From Magnetococcales bacterium (GTDB taxonomy: Bacteria; Pseudomonadota; Magnetococcia; Magnetococcales; JADFXB01), in assembly GCA_015233935.1 (NCBI GenBank), contig JADFXB010000005.1, positions 4,070 to 68,069 of the forward strand: DNA of 64,000 bases, in the 5' to 3' direction. The notes beneath the pieces are model-generated. The model did not search any database. It was not told where the DNA came from and saw only the letters and a list, made by a program, of their open reading frames with translations. This document shows, piece after piece, positions 8,896-17,063 of this stretch (its first letter is position 1; each line of letters opens with the position of its first letter). Both the position numbers and the translations under genes were made by a program.

Positions 8896-9522
8896 ATGAT
8901 GCTGCCTTTGGTGGTGCGTCCTTATGCCCAACCCCAAATGATCAAAGAGATTCCCTTTCCGCCACAGGTGCGCTTTGGGCAAATTTTGGTGTTGGGACCG
9001 CCTGGCGTGGGAAAAAGCACCTTGATCCAACGCCTCGGGGGTTGGATGGAAGAAGGCCATCTGGATTTGGCCGATCCTTTTTGGTGGCGCAGCCGAGCCT
9101 TGACCTATACCCCACGAGAGGTCCATCTTTATCTGCCGTTTATGGGGAGAACCGCATCCCTGGCCGTCTACTCCCCGGATTGGTTGTCCGCTCCCACCCC
9201 CATCGATTTTGCCCGCATCCGCATTCCCCCACCACGGGATGGCCTGTTTGCCGTGGATTGGCGCAATAAATTTGTCTTTGACTTTATTCTGCCACCGGTG
9301 GAACAGGTGTTGGCCTGGCGGGAAGAGCGGGCCAGACAGGGAACCCACCTGGTGGATGAGGAACTTTCAAGAGAACAGGTGCAGGTGCAATTATTAATTT
9401 TCTGGAATATTGCCAAACATTTGCATCGGTGTGGTCTCCTGGTCTATTTGCGCACTGCTTGGGATCAAATACCCCTGGAGATACTGGATACCATGGACTA
9501 TCCCTTCTCCCCTATGGAGTGA
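8896..9522 (+). CDS. Hypothetical P-loop NTPase
   Basis: Walker A GPPGVGKST (nt 8995-9021). I recognise no other family signature. The start is set at ATG 8896 because the track start 8842 lies inside the upstream terminator hairpin. Confidence 0.7.
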   Translation: MMLPLVVRPYAQPQMIKEIPFPPQVRFGQILVLGPPGVGKSTLIQRLGGWMEEGHLDLADPFWWRSRALTYTPREVHLYLPFMGRTASLAVYSPDWLSAPTPIDFARIRIPPPRDGLFAVDWRNKFVFDFILPPVEQVLAWREERARQGTHLVDEELSREQVQVQLLIFWNIAKHLHRCGLLVYLRTAWDQIPLEILDTMDYPFSPME

Positions 9523-9528
9523 CCTGCC

Positions 9529-10641
9529 TTGGCATGGCTAAACAAGTTTAAACAATGGTTAAAAAAACAACGCAAGCAGCCGGAGCAGGCCAACGAGCAG
9601 ACCATGGTTTGTTCATTGCAGGCGGTGACCCCCAAACGGCTGATTCCCTTGGCCAAAATCAGGACGCTCTTTGGTGGCCCTTTTGTTCCTCTCCCCCCTG
9701 AAGAGGCGTTGAGCCGCCTGCTCAGGGCACATGCCTTGCAAAAACGGCAGTTTCATCCGCCAAAATGGCTGGAACAGGGGCATGACAAAAACAGCCCCGC
9801 CATCATCCATCTGCCCGACACCACCACCCCTATTCTGGTGGGGGATCTGCACGCCAATCTGGATCACTTGCTCACCCTGCTTACCAGCGATGATATCCTG
9901 GATGGTCTTGCCAAGGAGCAGGTCACCTTGATTTTGCTGGGAGATGCTGTCCACCCGGATCGGGTTGAGGCCTTGGGGGAGATGACAGGGTCCATGTTGA
10001 TGATGGACCTGATTTTTTCCCTGATCATCCAATTTCCGGGTCGCATAGTCTATTTGCGGGGCAATCACGATGGATTTGCCGAAGATATTTATAAGGGAGG
10101 CATCTGCCAGGGAATCCTCTGGCAGGAATGCCTGTTGCAGGCAAGGGGAGCAGAGTATGTGACGGCCTTGCAAGCCTGGTATGACGATCTTCCCTATATT
10201 GTCACCCATGCCAAGGTGGTTGCCTGTCATGCCGCACCCTTTTTGGCAAAGGTGGACCGGACGATTCTATCCAAATTGCGTCACTATCCCGACTTGTTAC
10301 AACAGCTCACCTGGACGCGACTTTGTAATGCCCAGCATCCCGATGGCTATACCGGTAAAGATGTGAAACGTTTTCGTCAGGCCTTGCGCCTATCCAGATA
10401 CCTGCCCATGGTGGTGGGGCATACCCCCTTGGATGAAGAACGTACCTGCTGGTTGCATGCGGGGGATGTGGATAATCATCATGTGCTTTATGGTGGCCAC
10501 CCCCAACGCATGGGTTGGCTGACCTGGTACAAGGATAAGCTATTTTTGCGGGAAAGCCGGGTGGAGCCTTTATCCAAAGAGGCCCTTGACCACGAAAAAG
10601 AGGGCCGCAGCTCCGAGAGCACCAGCGGGGACGGTGATTAA
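9529..10641 (+). CDS. Calcineurin-like / PPP-family metallophosphoesterase
   Basis: Motifs GDLHAN, GDAVHPD, GNHD and VVGHTP occur in canonical order. The TTG start at 9529 is 7 nt after the P-loop gene stop; the alternative is ATG 9604. The last 72 nt overlap the convergent PiT gene. Confidence 0.8.
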   Translation: MAWLNKFKQWLKKQRKQPEQANEQTMVCSLQAVTPKRLIPLAKIRTLFGGPFVPLPPEEALSRLLRAHALQKRQFHPPKWLEQGHDKNSPAIIHLPDTTTPILVGDLHANLDHLLTLLTSDDILDGLAKEQVTLILLGDAVHPDRVEALGEMTGSMLMMDLIFSLIIQFPGRIVYLRGNHDGFAEDIYKGGICQGILWQECLLQARGAEYVTALQAWYDDLPYIVTHAKVVACHAAPFLAKVDRTILSKLRHYPDLLQQLTWTRLCNAQHPDGYTGKDVKRFRQALRLSRYLPMVVGHTPLDEERTCWLHAGDVDNHHVLYGGHPQRMGWLTWYKDKLFLRESRVEPLSKEALDHEKEGRSSESTSGDGD

Positions 10642-11835
10642 CCAGGAGATCACTATATTAAAGATGACCCGCAAATCCAGGGCACCGATGCCCCTGGCCA
10701 GTCCCACCCCCATGACTGCGCCCACGGCAATGTGGGTAGTGGAAACCGGCATGCCGGTTTTGGAGGCCAGCACCACCACGGTGGCGGCGGATAGGGTGGC
10801 GGAGAAGGCGCGGCTGGGGGTGAGTTCGGTAATTTTGGTGCCGATGGTGGCAATCACCTTGGTGCCGTAGGTGGCCAGGCCAACGACAATGGCTATACCA
10901 CCCACAAAGAGCACCCACAAGGGCAAGGGGGCCGATTTATTGACCTTGCCACCACTTTCCACCACATCCAGCACCGCTGCCAAAGGGCCGATACCGTTGG
11001 CCACATCGTTGGAGCCGTGGGCAAAACACATGGCGGCTGCGGTAAAGATCATCATGGGAATGAAAACCTTTTCTGCACTGGCAGAGCGGTGGTGGTGATC
11101 TGCTTTTTCATCCACCTGAATTTTGTTGATCATGCTCTTGCCCACCACAGCGCAGGCTACTCCCACCACGGCAGCCAGCAGCAAGGTTTCCAGGTCAGAA
11201 AGGTTGATCTTTAAGTGGGTGAGGCCCTGGAAGAAGGTGACCAGGGCGACGATAAAGCCCACCAGAAAAATATAATAGGGTCCCCGCTCCTTGGCACTTT
11301 GGAAGGGATTATTGGTCTCCAGGATCCATTTGCGAATGCTCCAGGTGAGGAGGTAGGCCACCACCCCTCCCAAGACCGGGGAGATAAACCAGGAGGCGAC
11401 GATGGCCCCCATTTTTTCCCAGTAAACCACATCCATGCCCACCCCTACCATGGCGAACCCGGCGACAGCTCCCACAATGGTATGGGTGGTGGAGACCGGC
11501 CAGCCACGGGAGGTAGCCAGGTGCAACCATAAAGCGGTGGCCAAAAGGGCGGAAGTCATGCCATACATGAGCAGGTGGGGATGGTCCACCATGGCGTTGG
11601 GGTCCACAATTCCCTTGCGAATGGTGGCTGTGACCTCACCACCGGCGATAAAGGCACCGGCAAACTCAAAGATGGCGGCGATGATCACCGCATTGCGAAT
11701 GGAAAGGGAGCCGGAACCCACCGGTGGTCCCATGGCGTTGGCTACATCGTTGGCACCGATGGCCCAGCAGGCATAAAAGGCAAAGACCAACGCCAATCCG
11801 GTAAACAGGGTTCCATAGTGGGCAATAATTTCCAT
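10570..11835 (-). CDS. Inorganic phosphate transporter, PiT family (PF01384)
   Basis: Duplicated signature GANDVANAMGPPVGSG (N half) and GSNDVANGIGPLAAV (C half); 421-aa polytopic protein. Confidence 0.9.
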   Translation of the reverse strand: MEIIAHYGTLFTGLALVFAFYACWAIGANDVANAMGPPVGSGSLSIRNAVIIAAIFEFAGAFIAGGEVTATIRKGIVDPNAMVDHPHLLMYGMTSALLATALWLHLATSRGWPVSTTHTIVGAVAGFAMVGVGMDVVYWEKMGAIVASWFISPVLGGVVAYLLTWSIRKWILETNNPFQSAKERGPYYIFLVGFIVALVTFFQGLTHLKINLSDLETLLLAAVVGVACAVVGKSMINKIQVDEKADHHHRSASAEKVFIPMMIFTAAAMCFAHGSNDVANGIGPLAAVLDVVESGGKVNKSAPLPLWVLFVGGIAIVVGLATYGTKVIATIGTKITELTPSRAFSATLSAATVVVLASKTGMPVSTTHIAVGAVMGVGLARGIGALDLRVIFNIVISWLITVPAGALGAAALFFVVKGLFG

Positions 11836-11982
11836 TCATTCCTCTCCTGACTCCGTCCTATCACTTTCCCTTATTTTGGCAACAGATCTCTCTGCAATCA
11901 ACACTTCAGCCATTTTATTCAAGGGGCGAAGAAAAATAGCTTAATGGTATCTGAACGTCTTTGTCTGTGGATAAACTGGTTA

Positions 11983-12010
11983 TGGACTGGTTGCTGGGGT
12001 TTGCTATAAT
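11983..12010 (+). promoter_or_regulatory. Candidate sigma70 promoter for the lipoprotein gene
   Basis: TGGACT (11983-11988), 16-nt spacer, perfect TATAAT (12005-12010). Its position argues against the track start ATG 12017 and for ATG 12056. Confidence 0.35.
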
Positions 12011-12055
12011 GGCACTATGAACAGGTATCTCCCCAACCGGGAAGGAGTTGTAACC

Positions 12056-13330
12056 ATGGCCGCTCGGCATGCAGGTTTGCTTTTGGTTGCTTCGTTATTA
12101 TCAGGGTGTGTGGTGGCCCATGAGTCTTATCGCACCTCACCAGGGTATAGCAGTTATTCGGGATTTTCCACCTACAGCCCTGGTTACAGCTCTGGCTACT
12201 CTCGCTATGATCCCTGGCCGGATTATGATGATTGTTGCGGTTATGACTTTGGCTTTGGTTCCGGCTTTAACATGACCTCTGATAGTTGGCTTGGGTTTAG
12301 TTTTAGTTATCATATGGGGGGGTATAATCCCTATCCCTGGTACAGTTATCACCCCAGTTATCCTTGGAGTTGGGTTTACGTTCCCCCTTATTATGTGCAC
12401 CAGCACAACACGTATATTGACAATCGAACCATTGTCCAGGATCACCACCATCCCAACCATGAATATTTTCGCCGTTGGGCCGATGCGCGTCAGGATCGGC
12501 ATGAACAGCGGCAGGCGTATCGTGAAACCTATCGTGGGCGTCCAGAAAACAAGGTGGTGCAGGAGGAGCGGCAGGAGGCGGAGCGTCCTAAAAATCGCTG
12601 GTCACGGCGGCATGAGTCAGAGCGTCCTGAGCCGACGGGCCGGGAAGAGAATCCGACCCCTTTCATGGGATTTCGTGAAAAGCGGGAGGAGCGGCAGCGG
12701 CAGTTGGAGGAGCGTCGCCAGAGGCGTTTGAATGATAACCGGCAGGAGGGGGAGTCGCCGGTGCAGGAGCAGCAGGTGGAAAAAATTACTCCCCGTCCCT
12801 GGTTGGGGCGGCGGCATGGGGAGGAGTCCCGGAACCCGGTGGAAAAGGAGAGTCCGCCGGTGGTCAACACCTTCCAGCCAGAGCGTCAGCAGCATGATTT
12901 CAACAGTCGGCGCATGGAAGAGGTGGAGAAGCAGCGGCGACAGGAGGCGGTGGAGCGGCAGGAAAACCAGACGCGGCAGATGGAATGGGCGAATCGGCAG
13001 AGGGAGAATGAGCGGTTGCGGGAGATGCGGTCACGGGAAGAAAACCAGCGGCGGATGGAACCCAGGATAGAACCCAGAACGGAACCCAGGGTGCAGCATG
13101 AGCAGCCCAAACCGGTCATCATGGAAAACCATCGACCGCAACGGGAGGCACCCCGTATGGCCATGCCTGAACCGGTGCGTGAGCCACCTCGCATGTCCAG
13201 GCCTGAACCGGTGCGTGAGCCACCCCGCATGTCCATGCCTGAACCGGTGCGTGAGCGTCCTGCACAGCGGGAAAGAGAAAAGGACAAGGACAAAGATAGA
13301 GACCGGGAGCGGAGCAAGTTTGGACACTAA
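12056..13330 (+). CDS. Low-complexity putative lipoprotein (Tyr/Ser/Gly/Pro-rich N-terminal part, Arg/Glu/Gln-rich C-terminal part)
   Basis: Lipobox LLSGC follows a hydrophobic leader (MAARHAGLLLVASLLSGC). GGAAGGAG lies 8 nt upstream of ATG 12056. Composition is extremely biased and the protein carries a PEPVREPPRMS repeat. Confidence 0.7.
   Translation: MAARHAGLLLVASLLSGCVVAHESYRTSPGYSSYSGFSTYSPGYSSGYSRYDPWPDYDDCCGYDFGFGSGFNMTSDSWLGFSFSYHMGGYNPYPWYSYHPSYPWSWVYVPPYYVHQHNTYIDNRTIVQDHHHPNHEYFRRWADARQDRHEQRQAYRETYRGRPENKVVQEERQEAERPKNRWSRRHESERPEPTGREENPTPFMGFREKREERQRQLEERRQRRLNDNRQEGESPVQEQQVEKITPRPWLGRRHGEESRNPVEKESPPVVNTFQPERQQHDFNSRRMEEVEKQRRQEAVERQENQTRQMEWANRQRENERLREMRSREENQRRMEPRIEPRTEPRVQHEQPKPVIMENHRPQREAPRMAMPEPVREPPRMSRPEPVREPPRMSMPEPVRERPAQREREKDKDKDRDRERSKFGH
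13163..13257 (+). repeat. In-frame 36-bp tandem repeat, about 2.6 copies
   Basis: ATGCCTGAACCGGTGCGTGAGCCACCTCGCATGTCC (13163-13198) repeats at 13199-13234 with 3 substitutions. A partial third copy runs from 13235. The repeat encodes MPEPVREPPRMS / RPEPVREPPRMS / MPEPVRER. Confidence 0.9.
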
Positions 13331-13439
13331 ACTTGTTCACTAAAAATGGGATAACCTGGAAAAAATTCTTGACGAAGTAGAAAAGATTAACCACCCTGTT
13401 GCCTTTGGTAGTCAATTAGATCATCCAGGAGGAATCAAT

Positions 13440-14339
13440 ATGGTTAAAGCGGTACAACGGGCACTTGGGGTGGGGTTGGCCCTTTATCTGGCGGGGGTGG
13501 CCATGGTGCATGCCGCCGACAGGAATCAAACCCTGATTTTGGGGGAGATTACGGATAATCCCAAAAAGCAGGCGGGTGTCTTGAAACCCATGGTGGAATA
13601 TGCGGTCAGCAAGATGGGGGATGTGGGGATTACAGCCGGTGACATCATCATGTTTAAAAACCGTGAGGAGATGATCAAGGGATTCCAGGAGGGAAAGATT
13701 GACTGGGCTACCGATACTCCTTTCCCAGCCCTGGCGGTGGTAGAGAAAACGGGTGCAGAGTTGTTGGTTCGGCGGTGGAAGAAGGGGGTTGGGGAGTACA
13801 AATCGGTGTTTTTCACCCACAAAGACAACCCGATTGCCAAGTTGGAAGATTTAAAGGGCAAAAAGGTGGCTTTTCAGGATTCCTCTTCCACCACGGCCTT
13901 TTTTGTGCCCATGGCCATGATCAAGCAGGCCGGTTTAGGGGTGGCTGAATTGGCCGGTCCTCGTGATCCTGCACCTGCCGACAAGGTGGGTTATGTCTTT
14001 GGTAAGGACGAGGTCAATCAGGTGGCCTGGGTGCAGCGTAAGATTGCGGATGTGGGTGTCTTCAGCAACTATGACTGGGAAGAAATTCCCGATGCAGCCA
14101 AGGCGGAGATGAAGGTTTTCCACGAATCCAAAATGTTTCCTCGTGGTGTTGAATTTGTCCGCAAGGATTTGGACCCCAAAGTGAAGGCCAAATTGAAAGA
14201 GGTATTGTTGAAGGCCGATTCGGACCCGGCAGCGGCAGATGCCTTGAAAGCCTATGGTAAGACCAAAAAGTTTGATGATATCGCTGGGGTGCAGGAGGGA
14301 ATCAACTATTCCAAGGAGTTGTTGAAGGCTGCACAATAA
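13440..14339 (+). CDS. PhnD-like phosphate/phosphonate-type ABC substrate-binding protein (orphan, no permease or ATPase nearby)
   Basis: Signal peptide present. The pattern DLKGKKVAFQDSSSTTAFFVPMAMI and overall layout are typical of the PhnD/PF12974 family. RBS CAGGAGGAA precedes the ATG. Confidence 0.65.
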   Translation: MVKAVQRALGVGLALYLAGVAMVHAADRNQTLILGEITDNPKKQAGVLKPMVEYAVSKMGDVGITAGDIIMFKNREEMIKGFQEGKIDWATDTPFPALAVVEKTGAELLVRRWKKGVGEYKSVFFTHKDNPIAKLEDLKGKKVAFQDSSSTTAFFVPMAMIKQAGLGVAELAGPRDPAPADKVGYVFGKDEVNQVAWVQRKIADVGVFSNYDWEEIPDAAKAEMKVFHESKMFPRGVEFVRKDLDPKVKAKLKEVLLKADSDPAAADALKAYGKTKKFDDIAGVQEGINYSKELLKAAQ

Positions 14340-14359
14340 GTTTGCTTGCAGATAAAAAC

Positions 14360-14403
14360 AAAACGGGACGAAGGGGGCAACCTCCTTCGTCCCGTTTTGT
14401 TTG
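14360..14403. terminator. Bidirectional rho-independent terminator between the phnD-like gene and rplI
   Basis: 15-bp perfect stem AAAACGGGACGAAGG (14360-14374) / CCTTCGTCCCGTTTT (14384-14398). It is flanked by an A-run upstream and a T-run downstream. Confidence 0.8.
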
Positions 14404-14409
14404 GTGGGC

Positions 14410-14859
14410 TTATTTGACGCTGCGGTCAATGCGCACTTTAATTTCCGGGGAAACATCCGGGTGCAGGCGCAGTTGTACGGCGTGGGTGCCCAGGGTACGC
14501 AGGGGTTGGGCGATGACAATGGCTTTGCGGGGGACATCCACCCCTTTGGCCTTGAAGTAATCGGCGATATCTGCGTTGGTGACGGAGCCGAACAGTTTTT
14601 CGTTGGAGCCGGCGGGGCGGTCCAGGACGACGGAAATTTCGGCAATTTTGGCGGCCAGTTCTTCGGCTTGGGCGCGAATGGCTTGTTGTTTGGCCTCCAG
14701 GGCGGCGCGTTCGGCGTCGAAGCGGGCGCGATTGGCGGCGGTAGCGGGCAGGGCTTTGCCCGATGGGATCAAATAGTTGCGTCCGAAGCCGGGACGGACG
14801 GTAACAACCGCGCCCAATTCGCCCAATTTGGCAATTTTTTCCAGCAAGATGACATCCAT
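14410..14859 (-). CDS. rplI: 50S ribosomal protein L9
   Basis: MDVILLEKIAKLGELGAVVTVRPGFGRNYLIPSGKA... is the canonical L9 N-terminus; 149 aa. Confidence 0.97.
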   Translation of the reverse strand: MDVILLEKIAKLGELGAVVTVRPGFGRNYLIPSGKALPATAANRARFDAERAALEAKQQAIRAQAEELAAKIAEISVVLDRPAGSNEKLFGSVTNADIADYFKAKGVDVPRKAIVIAQPLRTLGTHAVQLRLHPDVSPEIKVRIDRSVK

Positions 14860-14863
14860 GGGT

Positions 14864-15814
14864 TTACCTCGTAGACGGGCTGCTCCCCTGTGGCAGGGAG
14901 AGGTGACGGCGAAAATTAAACCAAGTGTCCAAAATGCCGAGAACGATGATGGTCAGCATCAGGCTTTTGAACATGACCAAAGCGGCCCAGAAGGCCAGGC
15001 GTAGTGGGGTTGGAACGCCCATGCGCCGAAAAAAGGCACTGCAAATAGCCATCCCTTGCAGGGCATAGGGAATGGTCAAAAACATGAGCAGGTTGGAACC
15101 CAAGTAGGCCAGGTTACCGCTGCTCATGGTCATACCGACGGCTGCGATGAACAGCCAAATCAGGCCGAAGGGAAGACGGAGTTCGGCCAGAATCTGGGTA
15201 TCCGCCAGGGGTTGTTGCAAACGGGCCAACAGGTTTTTGACCAGGGCCAGGTTGACGACCTGGATGATGAACCAGATAGAGAGCATGATGGCGGGTAGAA
15301 ACCGTCCCATCACTTCGGCATAAAAGTGGACGGCCTCTTGGAAGGAGACCAGTCCGGCGGGGTTGCCAGCCAACAGGGAAGCCCCTTCCGCCACCACCTG
15401 ATCACGGTAATGGTGGATGCGGGAAGCCACATCCACGGCCAGGTCCACGCCGGTGAGGGAGAGGAACCCGGTTGCCACCACCATCAGGAGGACCACCAGC
15501 GACAGAGCCAACAGAGTACAGTGTCGGATGGTCCAGCCTCCCCGCAGGAGCCAGGCGGCCAGCATGGGGAAGGCGTAAAAATAACCGCCCACCATCGCCG
15601 CATGGGAAAGTTCTTCGGTGAAGAAGAAGGCGGCGATCACAGGTGCCAGGGCGGCTTGCAATCCGGCATCCAGACCCACCAGCAGGGCGATGGCCAGGAT
15701 GGGCAGGGGGGCCAGGAGTTGCAGCAGGGCCAGCACCGGGAACAACAGGGGTACGGCTAACAACAGGGTTGCCAGGAAACCCGCAGCCAGAGGATTGGCG
15801 AGGAGTTTCAGCAT
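14864..15814 (-). CDS. Polytopic membrane protein, DUF2232-like, embedded in the rpsF operon
   Basis: 316 aa with about 8 hydrophobic segments. It sits between rpsR and rplI (19-nt and 4-nt gaps). The family name is inferred from this conserved position, not from a motif. Confidence 0.75.
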   Translation of the reverse strand: MLKLLANPLAAGFLATLLLAVPLLFPVLALLQLLAPLPILAIALLVGLDAGLQAALAPVIAAFFFTEELSHAAMVGGYFYAFPMLAAWLLRGGWTIRHCTLLALSLVVLLMVVATGFLSLTGVDLAVDVASRIHHYRDQVVAEGASLLAGNPAGLVSFQEAVHFYAEVMGRFLPAIMLSIWFIIQVVNLALVKNLLARLQQPLADTQILAELRLPFGLIWLFIAAVGMTMSSGNLAYLGSNLLMFLTIPYALQGMAICSAFFRRMGVPTPLRLAFWAALVMFKSLMLTIIVLGILDTWFNFRRHLSLPQGSSPSTR

Positions 15815-15833
15815 TCTGGCAACCGGCCTTTCC

Positions 15834-16163
15834 TTAAGAAACCAGGAAGGGCAACAGGGCGATGCTTCTGGCCCGTTTGATGGCGGTGCTCAAGGCACGC
15901 TGATGGGGGCTGCATACGCCGGTGATGCGGCTGGGTACAATTTTGCCCCGCTCGGTGATGAAGCGACGCAGCAATTTGGGATCTTTGTAGTCGATGATGG
16001 CACCTTTGTCGGCGCAGAAGAGGCAGACTTTACGGCGTCTGGCGAAGGGACGACGACCGCCACCACCCATGCCTTCTTCACCGCCACGACCACCACGACC
16101 ACCTTTGCCGCGTCCGCGGCCTTCACCCATCTCTTTTCTGCCGCTTCCTTCGGATTCGGACAT
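15834..16163 (-). CDS. rpsR: 30S ribosomal protein S18 with Gly/Arg-rich N-terminal extension
   Basis: Core sequence [65 protein letters not shown] 16163 is preceded by AAGGAG (6-nt spacer). The track start 16181 is a TTG that contains this RBS. Confidence 0.93.
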   Translation of the reverse strand: MSESEGSGRKEMGEGRGRGKGGRGGRGGEEGMGGGGRRPFARRRKVCLFCADKGAIIDYKDPKLLRRFITERGKIVPSRITGVCSPHQRALSTAIKRARSIALLPFLVS

Positions 16164-16181
16164 GGAAAACTCCTTTGACAA

Positions 16182-16568
16182 TTAAGATTTCTGTACAGGC
16201 AAACCGGTTGGGTTCGCCACTGTGTTCGTTTCCGGGGAGGTGATGGCGGTCAGTTCATCGACCAGGAGTTCCATCTTTCCCCAGCGGGTGATCCCCTGCC
16301 TGATCCAGCGACGCTGATTCAGGCGTCCACGCGCTTTGACCACCGAGCCTGGCTGGAGGGATTTTCCCTTGTGTGCCAGGTCATCCAGGGTGATGAGGGT
16401 GAGCCGACAGGCTACCTGTTGACCACTGGATTCGGTGGGGGCGTGGTGTTCCACTTCGAGAGCGACCACCGATCTGCCGTTGGGTGTGGTGCGCAGAATG
16501 GGGGTTTCCACCACCACGCCTTGCAGGATCACCTCATTGGAGGGCAGAGCGGCCATGGGGTCACTCAC
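16182..16568 (-). CDS. priB: PriB-like OB-fold ssDNA-binding protein (primosomal replication protein N)
   Basis: 128 aa between rpsF and rpsR. The pattern NEVILQGVVVETPILRTTPNGRSVVALEVEHHA...CRLTLI...PGSVVKARGRL parallels E. coli PriB ([31 protein letters not shown]...). Confidence 0.7.
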   Translation of the reverse strand: MSDPMAALPSNEVILQGVVVETPILRTTPNGRSVVALEVEHHAPTESSGQQVACRLTLITLDDLAHKGKSLQPGSVVKARGRLNQRRWIRQGITRWGKMELLVDELTAITSPETNTVANPTGLPVQKS

Positions 16569-16933
16569 AAATCTTCTTCGCCCTCTTCTTCGAGGGATTT
16601 GGGATCACGACGCTCTTCCTGGATCATGGCGGAGGGTTCGTTGACGAAGGTATCCACCTTGACGTTCATGTATTTGATCACGTCTTCGTCAATTTTGAGC
16701 CGGTTTTCCAGCTCGGCCACCATGTTGCCATTGCCTTCCAGGACGTTGAAGACGTAGAAACCTTTGGCGTGTTTTTTGACCAGGTAGGCCAGGTCGCGCC
16801 GTCCCCACATTTCGGAACGGAGGATGGTGGCCCCCAGATGGGAGATGATTTCTCCTACGCGGCGGATGACCTGCTCCACCTGTTCGTTGGAGAGGTCAGG
16901 GCGCAGGATGTAGATCGATTCATAATAGGACAC
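16565..16933 (-). CDS. rpsF: 30S ribosomal protein S6
   Basis: MSYYESIYILRPDLSNEQVEQVI... is canonical S6, with an acidic C-terminal tail. GTG start 16933 has AAGGAGG 7 nt upstream. Confidence 0.96.
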   Translation of the reverse strand: MSYYESIYILRPDLSNEQVEQVIRRVGEIISHLGATILRSEMWGRRDLAYLVKKHAKGFYVFNVLEGNGNMVAELENRLKIDEDVIKYMNVKVDTFVNEPSAMIQEERRDPKSLEEEGEEDL

Positions 16934-17034
16934 GGATAAGCCTCCTTGTGGCTGTAAGCCCTGCAGGCCGTGGTTTCCTGTCAGAGCAAGGATGGGTATT
17001 CCCGGTTTCCCGATGAAACCAGAAAAAGTTCCGC

Positions 17035-17063
17035 AGTATACTCAATTCGCTCCCTTCTTTCAA
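17035..17063 (-). promoter_or_regulatory. Candidate sigma70 promoter of the rpsF operon
   Basis: On the minus strand: TTGAAA (17063-17058), 17-nt spacer, TATACT (17040-17035). This leaves a leader of roughly 95 nt before GTG 16933. Confidence 0.5.

Noticed and set aside
13163-13257. Tandem 36-bp repeats (and the 30-bp repeats at 62834-62905) considered as a possible CRISPR or minisatellite
   Set aside because: The units are directly adjacent with no spacers. They are in frame inside long ORFs and encode Pro-rich peptide repeats, so they are coding repeats, not CRISPR.
16934-17034. Possible S6:S18-binding autoregulatory leader RNA upstream of rpsF
   Set aside because: A hairpin (CTGGTTTC...GAAACCGG) exists in the roughly 95-nt leader. 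I cannot match it to the published motif from memory, and a covariance-model search (Rfam) would be needed.
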